A DNA stretch of 64,000 nt from NCBI GenBank assembly GCA_900317295.1, contig ONGB01000002.1, positions 1,978-65,977 on the forward strand. The letters run 5' to 3'. Below, one piece after another: positions 56,287 to 64,000 of this stretch. Source of the stretch: an uncultured Erysipelotrichaceae bacterium. Its GTDB lineage: Bacteria > Bacillota_I > Bacilli_A > RFN20 > CAG-826. The number at the start of each line of letters is the position of its first letter. Positions within the stretch are counted from its first letter, which is position 1. The notes beneath the pieces are model-generated. The model saw only the letters and a list, made by a program, of their open reading frames with translations. It searched no databases and was not told where the DNA came from. A program made the position numbers and the translations under genes.

Positions 56287-56661
56287 ATGGAAAAGGAAAA
56301 AGGGCTCGCGCCCGTGGAAATCAAGATCCTCGCCGCTTTGGTCGAAATGCAAAGCGCTGGGGTTTTTCCTAGCAAACGCGGGCTGCTTTTCTTCCTGCGC
56401 GGGGAGGAACCGGCCGCGGACTTCTCCCTTCTTTTCACCTTTGGCGCCTATCTTTCGATGGGTCCGAAACGCCTGGGCAGGCTCCTTGGGGGCCTAGAGA
56501 AGGAAGGGTATATCCGCCCCAGCGAAAAGCAGGGCGAGACCTATCTTCTCCCCACTCCGAAAGGCGAAAAAGAAGGAAGGATTTATCTTGATAAACCCCA
56601 CAAGAAAAAGGCGGGGATCAAGGAAAGGCCGCCGCTATATTACTCACCTCGCGCGCTATGA
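56287..56661 (+). CDS. Hypothetical small protein with a winged-helix-like fold pattern
   Basis: 124 aa: ...VEIKILAALVEMQS...SKRGLLFFLRGE...LGRLLGGLEKEGYIRPSEKQG.... Protein-like composition. Ends 17 nt before pepF. No confident family assignment. Confidence 0.5.
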   Translation: MEKEKGLAPVEIKILAALVEMQSAGVFPSKRGLLFFLRGEEPAADFSLLFTFGAYLSMGPKRLGRLLGGLEKEGYIRPSEKQGETYLLPTPKGEKEGRIYLDKPHKKKAGIKERPPLYYSPRAL

Positions 56662-56678
56662 CGAAAAAGGAGATACCT

Positions 56679-58337
56679 ATGAGCAAAAAAGAAATCCTCC
56701 CGTTCGAGCAATGGCCCTACCATGTGCCGAACATCAAATCGACGGTCAAGAAAGTCACCGCGATCGCCGAAGAATTGGAAAAGGCCCCCGACGGACCTTC
56801 CGCGCTGAAAGCGTTCCGCAAGCATTCGCGCTTATTCGACGGGGTCATCAATGACATCACCCACGTCCAGGTGCTTTTCAGCCTCGATTCCCTCAACCCC
56901 AAATACCAAAAGGACAACGACGCCCTCGATGAGGGGATGCCCCTGCTTCAAAGCGCGGACATCCGCTTCCAAAAGGCGATGCTGGAAAGCCCGCACCGCG
57001 CCTTCTTGGAGCAAAAGCTCGGCACGCATCTATTCACCCAATACGAATATGCGCTGAAATCCTTCGATGAACGGATTATCGAAGAAGCGGTGGAAGAGAA
57101 TAAACTCTCCAGCGAATACGGGATGAAGATCGCCTCCTTCAAGATCCCCTTCCGTGGAGAGGAGTATAACCTCCCCCAGATGGGCAAATTCCTCCAAGAC
57201 CGTGACCGCGAAACCCGCAAAGAAGCCTCCGCGGCTTTTTATGGCTTCCTCTCCGAACACGCTGACGAACTCGAGCAAATCTATGACAAGCTCGTCCATG
57301 TTCGCGACCGCATGGCCAAGAAACTCGGCTACGAGAACTACATCCCCCTCGCCTATCTCCGCATGAGCCGCTTTGACTATAGCAAAGAGGATGTTCAAGG
57401 CTATCGCGAACAGATCAACGAAGCCGTCACCCCGCTCGCCGGCAAGATCCTCAAGGCTCAGTTCAAGCGCACCGGCATCCCGCTAGGCGATACCGCGGAA
57501 AAGATCGAAAAAGCGAAGAAGATGTACGATGAGATGTCCGAAGACACTTCCTATTTCTTCCGCTTCATGGCCGATCATCACGTCCTCGACCTCGAAGCGC
57601 GCCCCGGCAAACAGTCCGGCGGCTATATGACCTATTTCCCGACCTACGGCATCCCGTTCATCTTCTCCAACTTCAACGGGACCTCGGGGGACGTCGATGT
57701 CCTCACCCACGAATTCGGTCATAGCTTCCAGGCCTACGTCGCCAGGAAGATCAGCGTCCCCGAATATCGTTCCCCGACGATGGACGGTGCCGAGATCGAT
57801 TCGATGTCGATGGAGTTTTTCGCCCATCCGTGGATGAACCTCTTCTTCGATAAGCCGGATCGTTATCGCTTCATCCACCTCGCCGACTCGATCAGCTTCC
57901 TCCCCTACGGGGTCACTGTCGACCACTTCCAGGAATGGGTCTATGAGCACCCTGACGCCACCCCGGATGAAAGGGATGCGTTCTGGCATGAGCTCGAGCT
58001 GAAATACACGCCTTACAAAGTCGCCTGCTACCGCGGATGCGAATACATGCAGAAAGGGCGTCGTTGGCTCTTGCAGGGCCACATCTTCTCCAGCCCCTTC
58101 TATTACATCGATTACACGCTCGCGCAGGTGATGGCCTTCCAGTTCTTCAACCTCGATAGGAAGAACCATGCGCTGGCTTGGAAACGTTATATCAAACTCT
58201 GCGCCATGGGCGGCAAATACCCGTTCCGCACCCTCGTCGTCCGCGCCGGGATGAAGGACCCCTTCGCCCCGGGCGTCATCAAAAAGACGATCCGCCCGCT
58301 ATCGAAGGTCCTCGCCTCCTACGATATCGAGCATTGA
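56679..58337 (+). CDS. pepF: Oligoendopeptidase F family (M3B) metallopeptidase
   Basis: HEFGH zinc motif (THEFGHSFQ) and M3B-like length. Start chosen at MSKKEILPF with AAGGAG 6 nt upstream. Confidence 0.9.
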   Translation: MSKKEILPFEQWPYHVPNIKSTVKKVTAIAEELEKAPDGPSALKAFRKHSRLFDGVINDITHVQVLFSLDSLNPKYQKDNDALDEGMPLLQSADIRFQKAMLESPHRAFLEQKLGTHLFTQYEYALKSFDERIIEEAVEENKLSSEYGMKIASFKIPFRGEEYNLPQMGKFLQDRDRETRKEASAAFYGFLSEHADELEQIYDKLVHVRDRMAKKLGYENYIPLAYLRMSRFDYSKEDVQGYREQINEAVTPLAGKILKAQFKRTGIPLGDTAEKIEKAKKMYDEMSEDTSYFFRFMADHHVLDLEARPGKQSGGYMTYFPTYGIPFIFSNFNGTSGDVDVLTHEFGHSFQAYVARKISVPEYRSPTMDGAEIDSMSMEFFAHPWMNLFFDKPDRYRFIHLADSISFLPYGVTVDHFQEWVYEHPDATPDERDAFWHELELKYTPYKVACYRGCEYMQKGRRWLLQGHIFSSPFYYIDYTLAQVMAFQFFNLDRKNHALAWKRYIKLCAMGGKYPFRTLVVRAGMKDPFAPGVIKKTIRPLSKVLASYDIEH

Positions 58338-58356
58338 GATAACCGCTTTCTTCTTA

Positions 58357-58384
58357 GGGCCGCTCACGCGGCCCTTTTCTTTAA
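58357..58384 (+). terminator. Rho-independent terminator of pepF
   Basis: GGGCCGC-TCAC-GCGGCCC followed by TTTTCTTT. Confidence 0.9.
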
Positions 58385-58523
58385 AAACGCATGTATGTCC
58401 CCCGTGGATTTTAAAAAAGAAAGCCATATATTCCTTTTGTTTTCGCCACGGTTTTCAAGCGTTTGGGTTTCTTTTCTAATTTAATTGGTTAAAATGACGC
58501 GGTGCCCTTTTAGGGCAAGCAAC

Positions 58524-61460
58524 ATGGAAGACACGCATTACTCATTAGGCATCGACGTCGGCTCGACGACGGTCAAAGCCGTCTTGCTCGACAAAGACGG
58601 GAAATTGCTTTACGGCAATTATCTTCGCCATGCCTCGAAGGTGAAGGAAACGAGCCTCACCGAACTTAAAGAGATCCTCGAGAAATTCGGTGACATCGAA
58701 GTCAAGGTCGCCTTGACCGGTTCGGCCGGCTTAGGCTTATGCGAACGCGCCCATATCCCCTTCGTCCAAGAAGTCCAATCCTCCTATACGGCGATCAAGG
58801 CCCTCTATCCGCAGGCCGATAGCGCCATCGAGCTCGGTGGGGAGGATGCGAAGATCATCTTCATCTCCGGCGGATTAGAGGAGAGGATGAACGGCCAATG
58901 CGCGGGCGGGACCGGCGCTTTCATCGATCAGATGGCCACCCTGCTCCACGTTTCCCTCTCGGAGATGGACGAACTCGCCACCGCGGCGGAGAAAGCCTAT
59001 CCGATCGCTTCCCGTTGCGGCGTGTTCGCCAAAAGCGATATCCAGTCTTTGCTCAATTCCGGCGCGACGAAGGAAGACGTCGCCCTTTCGATTTTCTACG
59101 CGGTCGCCGATCAGACGATCGCCGGGCTTGCCCAAGGCAGGGAAATCAAAGGCAATGTTTTGTTCCTCGGCGGCCCGTTATTCTTCTTCCAAGGTCTCCG
59201 TTTGGCGTTCAAACAACGCCTTGGCTTAACCGATGAAGAAGCCATCTATCCCGAAGACGCCTCGATCTTCGTCGGTCGCGGCGCGGCGATCTTCGCCGAA
59301 AAAGCAGGGGAAGCGGTGCGCCTATCCGCCTTAATCGAACGGATTGAGAAAGCCGACATGGCCGGCTCGATCATGACGGGGGAACCCCTATTTGAAAACG
59401 AAGCCCAATTCCTCGCGTGGAAAAAAGCCCACGACGAACGCTTTGAGATCCCCCATAAAGACCTCGCCACCTATGAAGGCAAAGCATATCTAGGCGTGGA
59501 CGCGGGTTCGACCACCACGAAACTGGTCTTGCTAGGGGAAGATGATTCCATCCTCTACTCCGCCTATGCGAGCAACGCCGGATTGCCGATTGAGAAAATC
59601 GTCGCTGAGCTAAAGAAGATCTACGAACTCAAATCCCCCAAATGCGAAATCGTCGCCTCCGCGGTCACCGGATATGGCGAAGACCTCATCCAATCCTCTT
59701 TGGGCATCGATTATGGCCTCGTCGAGACCGTCGCCCATTTCAAGGCGGCCCGTCATTTCTGCCCCGACGTCGATTTCGTCATCGATATCGGTGGCCAGGA
59801 CATCAAATGCTTCAAGGTCCATCAAGGAGCCATCGATTCCATCATGCTCAACGAAGCGTGCTCTTCGGGATGTGGGTCTTTCTTACAGACCTTCGCCGCC
59901 TCGCTTGGATATGAGATGAACGCCTTCGCGGAGCAAGGCTATTACGCGGGGAATCCCGTCGAACTCGGCTCTCGTTGCACGGTCTTCATGAATTCCTCGG
60001 TCAAGCAAGCCCAACGCGAAGGGGCCTCCGTCCCCGATATCTCCGCCGGGCTATCGCGCTCGGTCGTCAAAAACGCCTTATACAAAGTCATCCGCGTCCG
60101 TTCTTCGGACGAACTTGGCGAAAAGGTCGTCTGCCAAGGCGGTACCTTCCTCAATAACGCCGTCCTCCGCGCTTTCGAGATGGAAATCGGGAAAGAAGTG
60201 ATTCGCTTGCCGATCGCCGGGCTCATGGGCGCTTATGGGGCCGCGCTTTACGCGAAGGAAAAAGGCGGCGAAAAACACTTGATTTCTCAGGCGGATTTAG
60301 AAAATTTCTCTTATAAATCAAGCCACGTTACCTGCCATGCGTGCACCGCGCATTGCTCGCTTTCGATCCTCCGTTTCCCCAATGGGAAGACCTTCCTCTC
60401 GGGGAATAAATGCGATAAGCCCGAAGGCAAGAAAGGCGGAAGCGATGAATTAGATCTCTACGCCTGGAAGCGGAAGCGGTTGGAGCAAAGGCTCCCTCAA
60501 CCGGAATCACCCCGCGCGACCGTTGGCTTGCCCCGCGTCCTTTTGATGTGGGAGCAGCTTCCCTTATGGGACGCCTTCTTCAAGAAGCTTGGCTTCGCCA
60601 CGTTGGTCTCCCCCGAATCGACGCGCGATCTCTATCGCCGCGGGCAGAAGACCATCCCCTCGGATACCGCCTGCTACCCGGCGAAGATCTTCCATGGCCA
60701 TATCGATTACCTACTAGAAGAAAAAGCGGATTTCATCTTCTATCCCTCGCAGTCTTATAACATCGAAGAGCATCGTGGGGACAACCATTTCAATTGCCCC
60801 GTCGTCGCATACTACGGGGAACTATTGAAACATAATGAGCCGCGCCTCACCCCGAAGAACTTCCTCGATCCCTTCGTCGAGCTCCCATCCTTTGATAAAA
60901 CCGCGGAATCCCTTTTCCATTGCCTCGCCCCGTGGGGCGTGAAGAAGAAAGCAGTGGAGGAAGCCCTCCGCCTCGGCCTTTCCGAACTAGAGAGATACCG
61001 TCACGAAACGGTCGAAGAAGGGAACCGCGTCATCCTCGAAGCGAGAAAGCAAGGCAAGGAGATCATCGTTTTGGCGGGCCGTCCTTACCATGTCGATCCC
61101 GAGATTAACCACGGGATCGATAAGCTTTTGGATAAGCTCGGCGTCGCCGTCTTAAGCGAAGACGCCTTGACCCCCGGGGACAAATTAAGGCCCCACGTCC
61201 TCAACCAATGGACCTATCACGCCCGCCTCTACGACGCGGCCGCCTATTGCCTAAAAGAACCCGACATGAACCTCGTCCAGCTCGTCAGCTTCGGCTGCGG
61301 CGTCGACGCGATCACCACCGATGAGACCCGCCGCATCCTCGAAGAGGGCGGGAAACTCTATACCCAAATCAAGATCGACGAGATCAACAACCTCGGCGCC
61401 GTGCGCATCCGCCTGCGTTCTTTGCTCGCGGCCATCGCCGAACGGAAAGGGGGCGAATAA
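58524..61460 (+). CDS. Acyl-CoA dehydratase activase-type protein: tandem BcrA/BadF/HgdC ATPase domains fused to a dehydratase-component-like domain
   Basis: Two ASKHA ATPase modules (LGIDVGSTTVKAVLLD, LGVDAGSTTTKLVLLG), each with cluster-type Cys pairs (NGQCAGGTG/ASRCGVF and EACSSGCG/GSRCTVF). These are followed by CHACTAHC and an HgdA/B-like C-terminal domain (DTACYPAKI, FNCPVV, FGCGVDA). Start chosen at MEDTHYSLG. Confidence 0.8.
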   Translation: MEDTHYSLGIDVGSTTVKAVLLDKDGKLLYGNYLRHASKVKETSLTELKEILEKFGDIEVKVALTGSAGLGLCERAHIPFVQEVQSSYTAIKALYPQADSAIELGGEDAKIIFISGGLEERMNGQCAGGTGAFIDQMATLLHVSLSEMDELATAAEKAYPIASRCGVFAKSDIQSLLNSGATKEDVALSIFYAVADQTIAGLAQGREIKGNVLFLGGPLFFFQGLRLAFKQRLGLTDEEAIYPEDASIFVGRGAAIFAEKAGEAVRLSALIERIEKADMAGSIMTGEPLFENEAQFLAWKKAHDERFEIPHKDLATYEGKAYLGVDAGSTTTKLVLLGEDDSILYSAYASNAGLPIEKIVAELKKIYELKSPKCEIVASAVTGYGEDLIQSSLGIDYGLVETVAHFKAARHFCPDVDFVIDIGGQDIKCFKVHQGAIDSIMLNEACSSGCGSFLQTFAASLGYEMNAFAEQGYYAGNPVELGSRCTVFMNSSVKQAQREGASVPDISAGLSRSVVKNALYKVIRVRSSDELGEKVVCQGGTFLNNAVLRAFEMEIGKEVIRLPIAGLMGAYGAALYAKEKGGEKHLISQADLENFSYKSSHVTCHACTAHCSLSILRFPNGKTFLSGNKCDKPEGKKGGSDELDLYAWKRKRLEQRLPQPESPRATVGLPRVLLMWEQLPLWDAFFKKLGFATLVSPESTRDLYRRGQKTIPSDTACYPAKIFHGHIDYLLEEKADFIFYPSQSYNIEEHRGDNHFNCPVVAYYGELLKHNEPRLTPKNFLDPFVELPSFDKTAESLFHCLAPWGVKKKAVEEALRLGLSELERYRHETVEEGNRVILEARKQGKEIIVLAGRPYHVDPEINHGIDKLLDKLGVAVLSEDALTPGDKLRPHVLNQWTYHARLYDAAAYCLKEPDMNLVQLVSFGCGVDAITTDETRRILEEGGKLYTQIKIDEINNLGAVRIRLRSLLAAIAERKGGE

Positions 61461-61461
61461 C

Positions 61462-62706
61462 ATGGCCAAGAATCCGGAAATCGAAGCCCGCAAAGCCTTA
61501 TTCGCGAAGATGAAGAAGGAGCATTACACCCTTCTGATCCCCGATATGTGCCCGATCCATTTCGACTTGATGTCGCTTTTGATCCAGCGCCGCTTCGGGA
61601 TTACCCCCATCGTGGTCACCCCGTTAGGCAGGGAAGCCAAAGACGCGGGGCTCACCGCCGTCCATAACGATTCCTGCTATCCCGTCATCATCACCTGCGG
61701 CGCTTTCCTCGCCGAACTAAGGAAAGGAAATTACGACCTCAACAGGACCGCGGTCATCATCTCGCAGACCGGCGGGGGATGCCGCGCCTCCAATTACCTT
61801 TCTTTGTTCAAGAAGGCCTTCGAGAAGGAATTCCCGACCGTCCCGGTCATCTCGATCAATTTCTCCGGGCTCAGCAAGGATTCCTCTTTGCCGCTTAGCC
61901 TCGGGTTCATCCGCGAGCTTTATCAGGCGGTGCTTTATGGCGATTTCCTGATGAATCTAGAGATGCAATCCCGCGCTTATTACCCCGAAGAAGAAGTACT
62001 CGCTTTGACGAAAGAATGCCTCGAGGATTTGAAAAAACAGGTGGGGCATGCATCGTTTTACAAGACCAAAAAGAACTATCGGGCGATCCTTGATCGTTAT
62101 ATGAAATTCAATCCTCCCGCGAAAAGAAAGCCGCGCGTCGGCATCGTTGGGGAGATCTACGTCAAATACTCCCCCTATGCGAATAACCATCTTTGCGATT
62201 ATCTCTTCCACGCCGGGGTGGAGCCGACCCTGCCATCGCTAAACGAATTCGTGCTTTACTGCATGAAGAATTATTTCATCGATAACGAGTATTACGGCAG
62301 GAACCGCCTGATCATGCCTTTTCTCCGCCCTTTCTATAAGCACTGCATCAAGAAGACGCGGAAATGCGCGGAGATGCTAAAAGGGACGAACTTCCTCCCC
62401 TATAGCGATTTTGAGGAAGTCGTCGCCTGCGGCAAGAAGGTCATCGATCTAGGCGTCAAGATGGGCGAAGGATGGGTGATCCCCGCGGAGATGGTCGATT
62501 ACGCGACCCACGGGGTGGAGAACATCGTCGTCGTTCAGCCCTTCGGCTGCCTGCCCAACCATATCGTGGGGAAAGGGATGATCCGCCCGGTGAAGGAGCT
62601 TTGCCCTAACGCGAACATCGTCCCGTTAGATTTCGATGCCTCCTCGACCTCGGTCAACCAAGAGAATAGACTTAAGCTGATGCTTTCCAACATCCAAGGG
62701 GAATAA
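61462..62706 (+). CDS. Acyl-CoA dehydratase activase-related / 2-hydroxyacyl-CoA dehydratase component-like protein
   Basis: ATG lies 1 nt after the upstream stop, with AAAGGGGG upstream. HgdB/D-component-like Cys motifs: DMCP, NDSCYP, ITCG, QTGGGCRASNY, QPFGCLPN. Confidence 0.75.
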   Translation: MAKNPEIEARKALFAKMKKEHYTLLIPDMCPIHFDLMSLLIQRRFGITPIVVTPLGREAKDAGLTAVHNDSCYPVIITCGAFLAELRKGNYDLNRTAVIISQTGGGCRASNYLSLFKKAFEKEFPTVPVISINFSGLSKDSSLPLSLGFIRELYQAVLYGDFLMNLEMQSRAYYPEEEVLALTKECLEDLKKQVGHASFYKTKKNYRAILDRYMKFNPPAKRKPRVGIVGEIYVKYSPYANNHLCDYLFHAGVEPTLPSLNEFVLYCMKNYFIDNEYYGRNRLIMPFLRPFYKHCIKKTRKCAEMLKGTNFLPYSDFEEVVACGKKVIDLGVKMGEGWVIPAEMVDYATHGVENIVVVQPFGCLPNHIVGKGMIRPVKELCPNANIVPLDFDASSTSVNQENRLKLMLSNIQGE

Positions 62707-62707
62707 T

Positions 62708-63442
62708 ATGGCCAAAAAAGCGACGCGACAGGATTTCGATCCTTCCTTCTTCCGCGGCATCGCCCATCGCGGGCTTCATGATGAGCAACGGACCGAGAAC
62801 GGCCTCGCGGCTTTCCAAAACGCGATGGACCATGGCCTATGCTTCGAACTGGATATCCATTTGACCAAAGACGGCGAGCTTTTGGTTTGCCATGACTCTG
62901 AGCTGGAGCGCACGACGGGGAAACGGGGCATCATCGAGGAATTGACCCTTAAAGAGATCCGCGAAAACTATCGCCTCCTCGACGGCGAAGTGGTCCCCAC
63001 CTTCCAAGAGGTGCTCAACCTCACGCAGGAAAAGACTTTGATCGTCACCGAGCTAAAGACCTACAAAGGGAATTACAAAGCCCTGGCGAAGAAAGCGATG
63101 GAAGCCCTCAAAGGCATCCAAGATAAAAAGAAGATCACCTTGATCTCCTTCGATCCCCGTGCCTTGCTTTATTGCAAGAAGGGTGGGTTCACCCGCGGGT
63201 TGCTCATCTATAACAAACGGACCGATATCTTCCTCGTCCGCAACTTCTTCGAATACCTCGATTTGGAGGATGTCCTCCTTCAGGATAAACGGGTGATCTC
63301 CTATCGTAAGAAAGGCGGCATCGTCAACACCTGGACCATCGAGACGGAGAAACAGCTTTCCGAAATCCAAGGCTATTGCGACGCGATCACCTTCCAGCAT
63401 CTCCCTGTGGAAGAAGTTAGGGAAATCACCTCGAAATTATAA
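62708..63442 (+). CDS. Glycerophosphodiester phosphodiesterase (GDPD family)
   Basis: N-terminal IAHRGL...ENGL and ...FELDIHLTKDGELLVCHD.... ATG lies 1 nt after the upstream stop. Confidence 0.88.
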   Translation: MAKKATRQDFDPSFFRGIAHRGLHDEQRTENGLAAFQNAMDHGLCFELDIHLTKDGELLVCHDSELERTTGKRGIIEELTLKEIRENYRLLDGEVVPTFQEVLNLTQEKTLIVTELKTYKGNYKALAKKAMEALKGIQDKKKITLISFDPRALLYCKKGGFTRGLLIYNKRTDIFLVRNFFEYLDLEDVLLQDKRVISYRKKGGIVNTWTIETEKQLSEIQGYCDAITFQHLPVEEVREITSKL

Positions 63443-63460
63443 AAAGAAACGGGATTTGAT

Positions 63461-63490
63461 AGGGTTTTCTATGGAAAGCCCTTTTTTCTT
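63461..63490 (+). terminator. Rho-independent terminator after the GDPD gene
   Basis: AGGGTTTTC-TATG-GAAAGCCCT (one G-U pair) followed by TTTTTTCTTT. Confidence 0.8.
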
Positions 63491-63515
63491 TCCGCGCGGG
63501 TCTATAATGAAAGGC

Positions 63516-64000
63516 ATGAAAAAAGAGACCTTAGAAGAGATTAGAAGCAAGCTTAAGAAAGCGCATCGCGTCGTTTTCCTAGGAGGAGCGGGGGTATCCA
63601 CCGGCAGCGGGATCCCCGATTTCCGTTCCCCTCAAGGGCTATATAACATCCGTTCCAAATACGGGGTGCCTTATGAAGTGATGCTCTCCCATACCTATTT
63701 CTTTGAAGCGACGGAGACCTTCTATGACTTCTATTGGTCGACGATGGTCGCCAAAGAAGCCAAGCCGAATAAGGCCCATCGCGCCCTAGCGGGATATTCC
63801 AAAAACCATCAGCTTGTCGTCATCACCCAGAATATCGATGGCCTAGACAAACAAGCCGGGAGCAAAACCGTCTTGGAAATGCACGGGACGACCTGGTCCT
63901 ACCATTGCGTGAACTGCGAAGAACACTATTCCCTCGATCAATTAGAACCCAAGGGCGTTCCTCATTGCCCCCATTGTGGCGGTTTGATCAAACCCGACGT
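63516..64000 (+). CDS. cobB: NAD-dependent protein deacylase, Sir2 family (partial, runs off the window)
   Basis: ...VVFLGGAGVSTGSGIPDFRSPQGLY...ITQNIDGL...HG..., and a zinc ribbon begins (CVNC...CPHCGG). An in-frame ATG at 63507 is an alternative start. TATAAT sits at 63503-63508. Confidence 0.85.
   Translation, partial: MKKETLEEIRSKLKKAHRVVFLGGAGVSTGSGIPDFRSPQGLYNIRSKYGVPYEVMLSHTYFFEATETFYDFYWSTMVAKEAKPNKAHRALAGYSKNHQLVVITQNIDGLDKQAGSKTVLEMHGTTWSYHCVNCEEHYSLDQLEPKGVPHCPHCGGLIKPD

Overview
The window is a densely packed, mostly plus-strand housekeeping region of a Bacillota (Firmicutes)-type chromosome. Lineage markers are a Bacillus-type (type B) RNase P RNA, rpoE (delta subunit), recU, dnaD, gpsB, rny-ymdB and sufCDSUB. 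TGA acts as a stop codon, so this is genetic code 11. Codon usage is GC3-rich and leaves many long antisense or out-of-frame shadow ORFs in the track, all of which I reject. I call about 58 CDS. In order: the cut right end of an IS3-family element, pepO, a small ORF plus a heterodimeric BmrCD-like ABC exporter, a flippase-like membrane protein with a GT4 glycosyltransferase, recX, yhaM, a HIT protein, two large lipoproteins (one PrsA/parvulin-like), sufCDSUB, mnmG-rsmG-parA-parB, an FMN riboswitch with ribU, a DagK-like kinase, a ferredoxin, a repeat lipoprotein, cmk, der and hup. These are followed by a very short cca-like gene, dnaD, nth, recU, an exonuclease, gpsB, rnpB, pgsA, pncC/cinA-C, recA, rny, ymdB, miaB, miaA, tcdA, fhs, a DUF951 gene, two fused MacB-type ABC/FtsX proteins, csp, ychF, ispF, argS, rpoE, nrnA and an IMPase-family gene. 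The window ends with an Nfu-like gene, a small winged-helix-like ORF, pepF, a two-gene acyl-CoA dehydratase activase-type module, a GDPD gene and a partial Sir2 deacylase. The RNA elements are rnpB and the FMN riboswitch. I saw no tRNA, rRNA, CRISPR array, prophage or recognisable defence island. I did not find an obviously new multi-gene system. The items most worth follow-up are: a MiaB C-terminal extension resembling YmcA/RicA right after rny-ymdB; the activase/dehydratase-like pair coupled to GDPD; the small ORF ahead of the degenerate-site ABC exporter; a parvulin lipoprotein with an apparent large insertion and its paralog; a 201-aa minimal CCA-type nucleotidyltransferase; an rnpB with no visible promoter or terminator of its own; a hairpin-rich rny leader; and several apparently leaderless genes. 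All homology calls come from reading motifs by eye and no database search was run.
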